Of a DNA stretch of 64,000 nt, positions 1 through 12,800 are shown one piece after another. The DNA is taken from NCBI GenBank assembly GCA_965235115.1, contig OZ249445.1, positions 15,004,001 through 15,068,000 on the forward strand, in the 5' to 3' direction. Each line of letters starts with the position of its first letter. Positions within the stretch are counted from its first letter, which is position 1. The DNA is from Laetmonice hystrix. Lineage: Eukaryota. The notes beneath the pieces were generated by a model. It saw only the letters and a program-made list of their open reading frames with translations, made no database searches and was not told the DNA's origin. The translations under genes and the position numbers were made by a program.

Positions 1-3000
1 AAACCAGAACGGGGTAATAAAAGCAACTTTAACAACAATACAACAGAACATGGTACTTAAAATATTAGTTCTTTATTTGTCTTAACATTATCAAAATAAT
101 CAGTCTGTCACATTCATAAAGAACACATTGTCACATTGAATTTCCTGGATTCCATAGCAAGACGTATACTTTCTCAGAATATCGCTGGAATGTTTCCCAC
201 ACTTCACCAGATGTCCTTATTATTTCTCCACGTCATTATGAAGCAATCATTTTGTCGTTTCCATGGTAACTAACTTGGCGTAACTAATCAAAATGGTCCT
301 TATCTTGTATGCAACCTTACAGTGGATGCCTTACCTGCAGCTAATTCGCCAGGATCAATCTAATGTGCGAGAAAATGTCACAATTTATTGTTGCAAATGT
401 TTTTCACTATGGCTACTTGGCCGAATGGTGGCAACAGCAACAGGACGAACAAGTGTATTGAAGTAATTCATTTCATACCTTACATTTCTCATCGTGACAG
501 TCGGCTGTTAGAGAAATACTGGCAGGATTCGGGTTAATCACAGAGCGCCACCTAGAGAGAAACCTGTACATTATCCAGAAGTCATTCTGATTGGCTAGTT
601 ACCTGACGGTCCTCTAACACCAATGTTAGCCCAAGTTTGCATGATGACCTGCGCATCCGTTAGACCTAATCATCTATAATAAGGATAACGACTACTTCAT
701 TGGTGCAAATAACGAGTTTTCTGCCACCATGATGTAATTATTATAAGCGTTTCAACAGGCTCAAGTCCACTGAATCACACGGCAACCTTGCCATTTCATA
801 GTTTCTGGTTGGGTTGTGAACTCCAACCGAGGAGTTTTCTTACCATGTATATGACCTGGTTAAGGTTTTCCCTTTTTCCTCTGGAGTAGCTACATTACCA
901 TTTCCGCCATTACAATGACTGGAAATGAGGCACACTATATAACTCACACAAGTCATTCGGCAGACAAAGAGACGCGTGGATTTGTTCGTCTTTGCCCCAA
1001 AACCTGGTGCACGTATGAGGGAATCACGGCCGTCTAATGACTTGAGCTGTTCATTTTATCGGAGAACAATTTGTGCACCTCAACAATCAGGGACGGGTTA
1101 TTTGATATATACTTAAAAAAAGAAAGAAAACTGTCATTTGTTTTCCAGTAATAATGGATAGATACATTCATCAATATATACATGAATCAAATATAACGGT
1201 AGCATTAATACATGGCAGAGAGCAAGTCTGACTTTGAGTAGAGCATCGGGCGATCGTCTACTAGAACAAGCCAGGTTTGTATCCCAACAATTGAGCGTAA
1301 TGGTCACGTGGGTCATCACCTCAGCTGGCAATGACAATTCTAGGATCCAGTTGCCTTTCACATGGTAGGATTCCCTTCATTGGCTGGTGTTAACTTTAGT
1401 TTTTTTTTAATTCACAGGCTAGCGGAAAAAAGCGTTCAAAAGGGGGTTAGACACATGTTTCATATCTTTATAACATAGAGTAATGAGTGCATAAAGTTTA
1501 GTTATGAATTTCAAACAAAACCAGCAAGACATTTGCTACGAAAACAACTGGTTGTTCTTTATAACATTTTAGGACTCAATTGAAATGGCATCACAAACAC
1601 TTGAAATATCCTGTCAAGACTTACTGCTAGGCTTCAAAGACATGGCTACATAAATGGCCCAGTTTGTACTTGCGAAATTTTGGTTCCTTCAAATATCAAA
1701 CATTTGGTGGAGTATTAGATTAGGCACAGCAGTACCTATCTCGTGATCTTTTCAAATCTTATTCCTACTGCGGGAGCAACAATTTGCGGCACCCTTCAAA
1801 CATCATCGACCACTCTTGTACGTCAATGAGAACACAAAGCTTCATTTTCCACACTTAGATAGAGCCTTAATTTCAAAATCAAAGTACCTGGGAGGAATGG
1901 GTCTAAGTTTCAGGAATGTAAGCTTATTATTAACAATCAGACCAGGCTCGTGCCCTTGGTACCTTGATAAGGCTGTGCGAACAAACAAATCATGGCACAT
2001 ATTACCAACAGAACCTACATACAGCCTCGAAGATGGGACCATAAACACAACATACAATATCCCAAAGTCATCAAATCATTGATGTCGCCTGGTAAAGCTC
2101 ACTGCAATCATGACAAAACCATGGAATCATTGCTTTCTCACGCCACGCAACAAAGGAGTTTTACTTTGTGCATTCTTTCACCCCTTCCTCGGCCTTAATT
2201 GCAAAAGCTAGCTTCTAGGCCCCTCATGGCAGGCTTACCGAATATTGGGCGGGTCACATGAATGAGTACCCTGGGCTGCATACCCTCGGCTACAATCAGT
2301 TTTTACACTTAGCACCTACTACACGACCGGCATCACAGTTCGCTCGGGAATTGTCATTAAAGAGAAAATGCAATGGCTCAAGTTGCTGGCACGTTGGTTC
2401 ATTGTATTCAATGTCTTTTTGTTAGATTATAAATGACGAAACGTACGGGAATGGGGATCTGAACCCAGGGTTGGAATGAAATTTACCGGCGATTGATTAT
2501 CTTCTAATGTGACACATCCCTCAACCTCATCACCAGACTTCCGACCAGTATTGGAGAATTTAGTATTTAGTTCACAAACCCAACCGGTCTACATATAGCT
2601 AGAACGTACTAAGTGAGGTCAATCGGTGGGTACTTGGGTACTGCAGCATCATCAGCAGCAGACAGGTTAATTCTAGGACAAATCTTCCGTAACCTCAGTG
2701 CACACAACTCAATCGTGCACATATATAGATATATATTAAATTGGTAGGCTCCTCTCAACCTCTTTCACTACCATTGGGCATTATACATATAATTATATAA
2801 AGTATATACCATTTTTGTATCATCATCATCATCACTATAGTGAGATAGGATATGATTAGATTGTAGACCCCCATATACACATATACAAGAATGTTAACGA
2901 TTTGTAAAATTTCATCATGCTCTTGTTCATGTTCTATTCTGTTAAGTATAATAATCATTTAGTTTCGAGCAAAAATATGTTTTCAAATATATATAATATG

Positions 3001-3605
3001 TAACAAATGTGAAAAGGCGTTGTGCCTGCGATTGAAAATCCCCGCTTTCCTCTTTACTGGGATGGTTATTTCTCACACTTCTATCCCTTTCTGCTTACAG
3101 ACCTGCCAGTAATTGTTTCAGCGATTCCACTACATTGTGTTGGGAACATTCCATTTGCCATTACCTCTTTGATGAGAACCAGGCTTGCTGCATCCCCAAT
3201 TTCCCCCATACTCTATATACAAGAACATGCATACTGTTTTATGCCATTTAATGTTGCTGTTTGCAATCAATATATCTGACTTCAAACAACAAGCAATCAT
3301 GATATGTGTATCACTTTACTCCTCAGCAGACAAAAACACAAGACAAAGCAATCCCAGGGAAAATTGAAGCCTTCTTATTTTGTTTTTCTCAACAGATTTT
3401 CCACATACACAACAGTAGGAAAAAAAAATTCCAGAGAGGAGAAACTCGATATTCAGGTCAAGTCGTTGGCAAGTGGAGTGTCCCCTGAGTGCAGTGACGC
3501 AACTACATAAAGCCCTCACCCCACCTTGGGGCTCTGTCTTTTTCAAAAAGTGCCCTTCGCTTCATCTTTCTTTGGGCTTTTTACTAAAGGCGTTTTGTGT
3601 TCCAT

Positions 3606-3821
3606 TTACATCTTTTGGAACATATCATACTTTTCCTTCATTGAAAGGTTGTGGACCCGCGGATCGTTCCTTTTCCTGCTCCTGGCCCGGTTGAGTGCCT
3701 CCTGCAATGATCCAGCGAACGGGTCGTTACCCGCCGAGGTGGGTGGAGGCGGCTGGGTGACGTTGACGGGTTCGTTCACCACGGGCTGTGGTGCCGGGAC
3801 GACAGGTGGGGCTGGAGCTTT
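3606..3821 (-). CDS. NHERF: Terminal coding exon (phase 0): Pro-rich linker plus EBP50_C-like ERM-binding tail KAPAPP...FAGSLQEALNRARSRKRNDPRVHNLSMKEKYDMFQKM*
   Basis: Acceptor ttgtccatgttacag|AAA and TAA at 3608-3606. The last 13 aa (LSMKEKYDMFQKM) align without gaps to human NHERF1 MDWSKKNELFSNL, and the preceding SLQEALNRARSRKR aligns to SLAMAKERAHQKR. Confidence 0.85.
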   Translation of the reverse strand, partial: KAPAPPVVPAPQPVVNEPVNVTQPPPPTSAGNDPFAGSLQEALNRARSRKRNDPRVHNLSMKEKYDMFQKM

Positions 3822-6800
3822 CTGTAACATGGACAACAACCGGAACGTTAACAATGCCCTGTGTAAAGAAAGTATATGTCATGCCATTGGATATTTCTTA
3901 ACAAAGTAAGGTATTTATGTACTTATTTCATTATATTTCACTTACACTTTATTTGGTATTCATTTTTAACTTGCAAAAATTGCATAATAAAGATGAACAC
4001 TACCAATAAATTATGTTTAAAAGTTACAAACGTTTTCCACTTTATTATTAGCATGTCATTGGCACAAAAAAACTTGCAGCAAAATTAAGCGATTACTAGG
4101 CCTACACAGAAAGCAAGGAGTACGAAACAGTGTAATAAAAAGGCGTTGTATGCCAATCGAATAAATATCAAAATTACATTTCTCTGAATAAAGAAAGTTG
4201 AATAACAACAGATGTGTGAGGAAAAAAAGCCGTCGTATATGCAGGAAAAATATTTAAAACCGAAAACAGGTTTTAATCTATTAGAAATAAAATAACTAAA
4301 ATACTATATACTTTCAATATTTCTTATAAAATCTTTAAAACATAAATTTAATACGGTATAATGTTCAATATGTTTGAACATTATAATTATTCATGAGGCT
4401 TGACTTCAGAACTAAGTTAAAGCGGGTATTAGCGCCTCTAGTCAACCCTGAAGATTCTGTCTTGCAGTCAGGGCTGTCTATATTTCTGCAGGAAACAGCG
4501 CAGAATTGTGCATTTTGTTTCTTTGCTGTGGCTCACCATACACCTGAAGCCCAGCTGGAAGGTCAGAGCTGTTAAACCCGACACCCAACAAAGCACCATC
4601 CCTTCCGCCCCCTCTAACACAACTCCTCTGTCTGTGCCTGTCGTCCAGGCTGTCGTCACAGACTCCGAACACCTGATGTTTTATATTAGGTGCAATCACT
4701 ACATCACATCCTCCTTTCAGTCTGAATTTGACAGTACCACAGCAGGACTCAACTCCCGGTGGAGTTTGGACAATGATCTCAGTCAAAAACTCGTTGATTT
4801 CTCATACCAATAAAATGACACTGGAGACCACTGATTTGCAACTGGAGAAAGAAGTACGAGTATATATTTATCATGTAACTGATAGAAGAATGTGACAAGG
4901 ACATGACAACAGGACAATACACATCGTACAAGACAATACAATACATGTACGTTTGCTACAGCTGTAAATTCTAAAATTAGTTGGGCAAATATGACATGTT
5001 ATTCTGGGAATATGTACAACGGCCATTCCCTTCTCCGCGTTAATTGCGACGTTTTCACTATCAACACTGAACCAAAAAGTAACTTTCGTCAATTGGTACA
5101 AAATACTACTTTTCTTCACAAGATCTGAAACGGGTCTTAATCACTATGTGATCAAGTTTTATTTTTATCTGTATTGCTACAGACGTGAAGGCACCAGGCG
5201 TGGTCCTTGATTCTAGAGAAGTGTATTTTTCATTACACAATCTTACTACTAAATCCATGAAAAGAGGCGAGACCTCAGCCTTTACCAACATCATCCGTCG
5301 AAATGTTGCAAATACTCAACCTCGGATTGAGGTCTGCGCATCTTTCGTGTGCCTTGGAAAAATTTGATGTACATGGAGGGGTTTGAAAAACCATATAATA
5401 TATGAACAGTCATTGTACCGGTAGCATAAAATGAAGGCCAGCAGTAATGACTTTAGGCAATAGAGAAAACAGGTTAACAGTGTCACAGTGTCGTAGTAGA
5501 TGTCAATAAGTTGGATGTAGCTTTGTGAAACTGCTGACCAAGTGACTTTGGCACTGGCTCCTGGTGGAGTCGCCAACTCTGTTAGTGTGATTGGTAAGAG
5601 AAAGGTTAACTCTGGCTTTGTTTAACCCCAGCGACCGACTGTTACATATAGCGTGAGTCCGATTAGCGCTCTCCCTGAAATGTGAACGGCACAGTTTGAT
5701 TAGTCCAATACCAAAGGCATCAATTTGTTGTGAGCACCTCTTACTTGGCACCATGTGTGTTATGCTCTTAAATTTCAGAACATATTACCGGGACTGGATT
5801 TCTTTTTCGATTGGTCATTTCGCAGTAAGCGTTTTCGACATGGTGCCAAATAGGATTTGCAGCCATGTAGTAGAGTAGCGCTGACTAAGAGGCTACTGGT
5901 AGTGCGATTTGAGGGCAGCTCCATACATAGCTTTTTCTGCCTCCGATGGAAACTCGTGCTTCGGGTGGGGTCATGAACTCTTCAACTTTGACATCGCCCT
6001 CGACATCAGCATCAGCAACATTATACGCCTGCATGGTGATGGAGGAGTCGGTCGAGTTGGAGCGGCTGGATTTGGTTGAGGAGCTACCATCTTCGTTTGC
6101 TTCCACAACACGGCGAGTATCTTCTCCGACTACGGTACGTACCACTGTAGTCTTCACCTGTTCTACCTCGTATGTGGCAGCGCTCTCACCATTCCGCATC
6201 ACAGGAGGCCTTTCTACAACATCACGGCTTGACGACCGAATCTCGTAGGAGGACCTGTCTACGGCGGCAGGCGACTGGCGGCCATCTTGGAACTCATATT
6301 GGGCCTTACGAATGAGCTTCACAGCGTCCTGAGGTGGAACAGAAACTTCCTGCACTGAGGAGCGGGTCTCATAAGATGATGAGTGCGAAACCTCTGGGAC
6401 TTCTGACTGGATTTCATATGTTGAAGATCGTGGACTCTCATAGGATGAGGAGCGAGCACTGCCTGATCCTGCAGAGTGCATCTCATACAATGAGGAGCGT
6501 GCACTGACTGGCACTGAGGAGCGGACCTCATATGAGGATCGTGCACTCCCTGGACCTGAAGATCTCATCGCATATGAGGAGCGTGGACTGACAGGTGCCG
6601 CTGACTTGATCTCATATGACGTGGACCGTCCACTGACTGGTCCTGAAGACCTTATCTCATACGACGAGGAGCGTGCACTGACTGGTGCTGAGGACCGAAT
6701 CTCATATGTTTGGACATTTTCAGCTTCTGGTTTTGAAACCTCACGGCTTGAGTGAACCTCGTAGGTTGAAGAGCGTGTTTTCTCAACAATTTCTGGTTCT

Positions 6801-9800
6801 GGTACCGCTGGTCTCGAAGACCGTACTTCATACGACGAGGAACGCGTACTGTACGGAACTGAAGATCGAATCTCATATGATCGGGCGTTTGACACAACTT
6901 CTGGTTCGGAAACCTCACGTACATTTCGTACAATCTCTGGTTCTGCAACACCACGTACCTCATATGACGAGTGCACAGTATCTGGAACTGAAGATCGAAT
7001 TTCATATGATGAAGAGCGCACATTCTCCACAACCTCTGGCTCCGAGACCTCTCTTCTTGGTGTCTGAATCTCATATGATGATGAAGAAGGGCTGGTCCGT
7101 GGTAGTGACCGCAACTCATATGAAGAATGAACGCTCTCCCTGACTTCTGGTTCATAAACCTCTTTAATTGATGATCGGGTCTCCCGGGGCAGAGAGCTTG
7201 TTCTTATTGGAACTGAAGACTGAACCTGATAGGAATGTCTTTCTGGGACAGAGGTCCTGATCTCTTTCACAACTTCTCGTTCTGAAACTTGAGTTGGCCG
7301 GGTTGCCTGTGAGGACCTGGCTGTGTACGAGGATCGGACCTCGTATGCCGACGGTCGGGCCCTGTGTGAGGCTTCAGGTTGGGGAGCCTGACTTGAAGTG
7401 GGGCGACCGCTATAAGGGAGGGAAGACCGAATCTCGTACGCTGACTTGCGGGTGTCCTTCACAATTTCTGGTTCAGAAACTGTATGTGATGAAGTCCGAC
7501 TGCTGTATGTTGGCGAGGACTTTATTTCATATGCAGTAGTACTGGTGTCTTCTACAAGTTCTGGTCCTGAAACCTTGTAAGATGTTGTACGGCTGCTGTA
7601 TGGGAGGGAAGACCTGACTTCATAAGCTGAAGGCCGGGCATTCTCCACATGTGTTGAGGATCTAGTCTCATATGACGAGGTGCGACCGCTGTAGGGTACT
7701 GACGATCGAATCTCGTATGAAGGGGGCCGTGTGCTGTCTTGGACGGATGATTTTATCTCATGGGATATCAAGCGTACATTCTCATCTACCATTGCTGGTT
7801 TATCTACAATATCTGTTTCTACTGGAACCTGGTCCCCAACTTCATAGCGGACAGTCTCCATGCCATCTGGGGTCCGCTCTCTGACTTCATACCGCACAGT
7901 CTCCACACCATCCAGGGACCGCTCTCTAATTTCATACCGGACAGTTTCCACTGGCGCTGGTGCCTGGTCACCAAATTCATACCGGACAGTTCCCACTGGC
8001 TCTGGTGCCTGGTCCCCAATTTCATACCGGACAGTTTCCACTGGCGTTGGTGCCTGGTCCCCAATTTCATACCGGAGAGTTTCCACTGGCGCTGGTGCCT
8101 GGTCCCCAATTTCATACCGGACAGTTTCCACTGGCGCTGGTGCCTGGTCCCCAATTTCATACCGGACAGTCTCAACACCATCCAGGGATCGTTCTCTAAT
8201 TTCATGCCGGAAGGTTTCCACAACAGCTGGTGCCTGGTTCTCATCTTCATACCGGATAGTCTCAGTGCCATCTGGGGACCTTTCTCTGACTTCATACCTG
8301 ATGGTCTCGATGCCTTCTGGGGTCCGTTCTCTAATTTCATACCGAACAGTTTCCACTTCTGCTGCTACTTGGTTCCTGCCTTCATACTGAACAGTCTCGA
8401 TATCATCAGGTAACTGTTCTCTTGTTTCATACCGGACAGTCTCCACACCATCTGGGGATTGTTCCCTAATTTCATACTGGATAGTCTCAGCTGCTGCTGG
8501 AGCCTGGTCCTCAATTTCATACCGAATAGTCTCAACGCCATCTGCGTCCCGTTCCCTGACTTCATACCGTACGGTCTCAATGCCATCTGGGCTCCGTTCC
8601 CTTATTTCATACCGGACAGTCTCCACAACTGCTGGTGCTTGGTCCCCGAGTTCATACCGAACAGTCTCAATGCCATCCCGGGCCTGTTCCTGGACTTCAT
8701 AGCGGACAGTGTCTATTGATGGCTGATCCCGGACTTCATACCGAACATTCTCCACATTTTCTGAAACCCTTTCTCCGGGTTTATAAACGACAGTTTCCAC
8801 CCTATTTGGGGCCTGGTCTGTAACTTCATACCGGACACCATCCACATCTGTCCGTACCTGGTCTCTCACCTCATACCGGACAGTCTCTACATTTACTGGG
8901 GCGCGTTCCCTGACTTCATACTCAACATGCTCCGGGACCCGCTCTCTGGCTTCATATGCCAGAGACCTTGGATCTACTTCGACTGAAGACTGACCGCTGA
9001 ACCTTGTAGATCTTGTAGGCCCACCAACTACCACTTCCGAACTCACTTCTCCAGTATCCCTTTCTTCAATCAATGCCACATTTCTGACCTCATTCACTAT
9101 TGGCTGAACTCGTGTCGAGTACTGTCTGGTTGTTTCCACTACGTCAGTGAAAGACTCAGGAGGTTCGATGTGTTCACCATGTTTGACCTCTTCCTCTGCG
9201 ATCACCACATTGTTTCCTGTGTAAACGACGCCGGCGGGCACGGAACCCACATTTACTATTTCTGTTGCACGATTGTACCTGTAATCGGGCTGAAGGAAAC
9301 ACGATCGGATATACAAAATAAGTAAATTTGCTCATGAAATGTACGTGAAAGGGGCACCGAAGAATGCCTCCTGTAATCTGGGTTTAATGTGCACTACTGA
9401 CTGCAGGGATGAACAAGTATTGGCAGGTGACAGGGAGAGTCACACGACTAGGCTTACACTGGGCGTGGTCGCCACAAGCATCTTTCTGTGTACGTTGAGC
9501 AGGAGAGGCTTTGCTTGTTGTCAGAAACCATACAATAACATTTGTATACTAACACTGTTTCACATTATCATCTGTAAGAGAATGAGATGCTTCTAATTAG
9601 CAAAGAATTTAACTTCTCAGAAACAATGAACATCATTATGGTTAGCGATATGAAAAGACATGATGTAATATAACATACAACACTGATACAAACCAGAGGC
9701 AGTGTACGCATCTGAACTTACCTGAATCTAATAAAAGAACCTGTTAGATGCCTACCTCGAGCGTAGGTTTTACTCTTAGTACTATACATAAGTCAATCAT

Positions 9801-12800
9801 CCAAGGCTGCTTACCTGCGCAGCATGCTTTGTGCAGTGTTTGCATACGATCCATCTTTTATGGAAATTGACGAGTCAAAAGAATCTCTTGAAGCCATGCA
9901 ATTTTGACACACCTTATCCCAGCAGATATTTTTAATTTTCAAGCTGCAGTCATTTCACCCTTCCTTTCTTAACTACAGAATTTAATTCCGCTTGATTTTT
10001 GTGGTTTCCCCTGTTCCATCTGGCGTGGCCTACATGGGTTAATCTCTAGCAAAATCAGAGTGTTACACTTGTTTAAGTTGCATAGAGCTTGCCTTTACAT
10101 AGCAATTTGGTGCGATGTGATATGAAAAGGAAAACAACGAAGTCCCTCTATTGAGGCCAGTCTTCTACCCTTTTTAACTACACTTATCCGAACAGTGCGA
10201 AGGGCTACTTGGCAAGAACATATAGCTGGGTAATTCAATTTACACAAAGTACCCTTTCTTTCTATCAACTAAAGCCCACTGAGGTTTCAACACTCTGCTG
10301 GCTGTTAGTGTTGTTAGTCGCTAAATGTTGAAAAAATATTGAAGACATGGGAAATAGTATATAATTGATGAACAATCGAACTATAGGTTTTATCTATGGA
10401 GAGTAGCACGATTGCTGCCAAGCTGGCTGTTGCTCTGGTAATCACTTTATATCTCACCTCTGGTTCGACTTGAATAATTTCATTAACAGGCATGGCTTCC
10501 TTCGTAACCTCTACATTGTTACTTTCAATGTATGCGTCTCCATTCATCTGATACACAAAGATGTAAACTATGGGCCCCCGCTTTACATACTGCATTTCAC
10601 ACAAAAAGAAGACTGGCACAATTTCACTTTGCTGCCCTACATTATTTTTCGCAATTGTACTCCTACTACCCATCTCCATAATGCGACACTGAAAATATTT
10701 TTCTGGTTCTTTATCCATTTTTAAATAATTTCCCGCAAACGTGGCTGTTACATGACCGCCGTAATTCAGTAGCTACACCCACAATCTGCCGCCGCGGTTA
10801 GACCGAAAGCTACTAGTCCGAACTTCTCACCTCCTCGGCCGTCACCTCCACTACAGAGATGGCAGCACCCGTCTCGATCACCTCTGCTTCCTTCTCCATC
10901 CCATTCATCTGTTGTGAGACATACACCTTTCACATGGACAACCTGCATACTAACTGACATCTACAATCTACGGCTCTATCTACTGCTAAACGTCGTATAA
11001 TATCAATCAATGTCTACTGTCAACTCCGCCATAAACCAACATCTGCCTTATTCCTCATAACTGAGGTAATGACAAATTGATATAATCAATCAGAGACAAA
11101 TAGTTGAACCGATGCTACGTATTTACTACATGAACGGCATGGCCTATATATTTATAAATAGAAACGTTTCTTTTAATTGTCAACCATTAGTAGTGAAAAA
11201 CTTGAGCTTTTTGTTTAGGTACCATATAGCAGCATGTCCACGGCATTCCTTGTTGCCGTTTGAAATAGAGTTAGTCATACTTGAATCTTTTTTCATCGTG
11301 ATGTCCTTTTAGCATACTTGTATCCCCATTTCCGTAACCCATCTGTTTTTAACATGATTAATTAAACTTCAAACGTGACATCATTATTTTTGTCAGTATA
11401 GTTTTGAAGCAGACAGTTGAGTTAGCACGTTTAAGTGACAGAACCAGAGATTCTGGCAAACTGAAACCATCGACCACCTTGGCCAGTGTCGCCAAGTATA
11501 GGATTGACCTCGTGCCATGCAGATTTGGCTGGCCCACTGCCAACGTTACTCATCAAGCGAGATATGGTCTGTGCAGATTTGGTGTTATTCTATAGTAATT
11601 TACCTGTTAATGTGGTAAATGTACCAAATCAAAGACAAATTGAAAAAGGTACTTTATACAATAATTATCATATCCATTTTACTCTCCTCCGCAACTGACA
11701 GAGTGAAGTTTAATAAGATTAGTTAGATGTTAGGAAAATTTCTCTTTATCATTTCGGAATGGTAAAGAAAATCTAAATAATATGCGACGGAGAAAATCAT
11801 ACGTGAATAAAGTGTTGAGATGTATGCATTTAGTGAAGATTACGTCAGATTATGACAAAATGTGATTATCTTCTCGAAGCAGAGTTTTGTTTCCAAGCCG
11901 ACAGCCAGTAGTGAAACAGGATCATATCCCTCACCTGATATGAAACAAACTCTGTCGGTTGTGTCTCTACATTTACTGTTGTGATTTCATCTGAGCTTCT
12001 ATGAATAGCTGTGGTTGTTGTTGTGGTAGTTGTTGCAGTGGTTGGGATGATGCAAACCGGCTGAACCACGTGGACATGTTCAATGTCACGGTTGAGGTCT
12101 GTGCTGGTTTTCTCTACTACAGCGCTTGTTGTCACATAGTTGACATCAGTGGCACCATTCCGTACAAGCTCAACACCAGCCTGTACAATCACAGCTTATT
12201 CAACTTACTGTTCTTCTCATACATACTACGTGTCGGTCAAATCATAATATTATAGTCATCTTTACCTTGTTAGCACTAAAGTTAAATTAGTTGAACTAGC
12301 TCTGTAAATTGGCCCTTGATTGCTCACCTCTGCGCCTGTTGTAGTAATAGTTTCAAACTTCTCACTGCCGCGTCGTTTGATCTGACGGGAATCAAGTTCA
12401 AAAGGTCAACCTCCGTCATACTCAATGTTACGATGACAACACCACCCCCGGGGTTAGTAAAAATTGCTGGCTCATTCAGCTTTCTCCAATCTTCTAGTGT
12501 TATATCCTTCCTTATTGGGAGAACTGTGAATCTAGTATTTTATATAAACGTCCTGTTCCGTTTCTGTAAGCAAGGTACCTATCAATACAAGAAATATTCA
12601 CTACAGTTCCACGTTTTTATATAACAGTTTCACATCATAATACTATCTTAGGTAACGAATAACACCCTAGCTCGGGTCACAAGGTTACAAGAGGCTTGCT
12701 CACCTCGTCCTGGCTTGTAACCGTTTCAACACTTTCCTCTACAACCATGTCCACTTGTCTGACGATCTGCGAGTACGTACAAAATAACGGGCTTTGTTAC

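Noticed and set aside
1842-2057. Minus-strand ORF with a YV...LYVGS motif resembling GIY-YIG (Penelope-like)
   Set aside because: Only a two-motif resemblance, with no downstream Arg/Glu/His pattern or RT; likely 3' UTR or intergenic
4478-5576. Possible extra exons between the giant exon and the terminal exon (acceptor-like sites near 5577 and 4672)
   Set aside because: No matching in-phase donor or convincing peptide; cannot be supported without RNA data
5946-8823. Many overlapping plus-strand and alternative-frame ORFs (e.g. 7760..8413, 7860..8390, 6685..7143)
   Set aside because: They are shadows of the repetitive minus-strand giant exon
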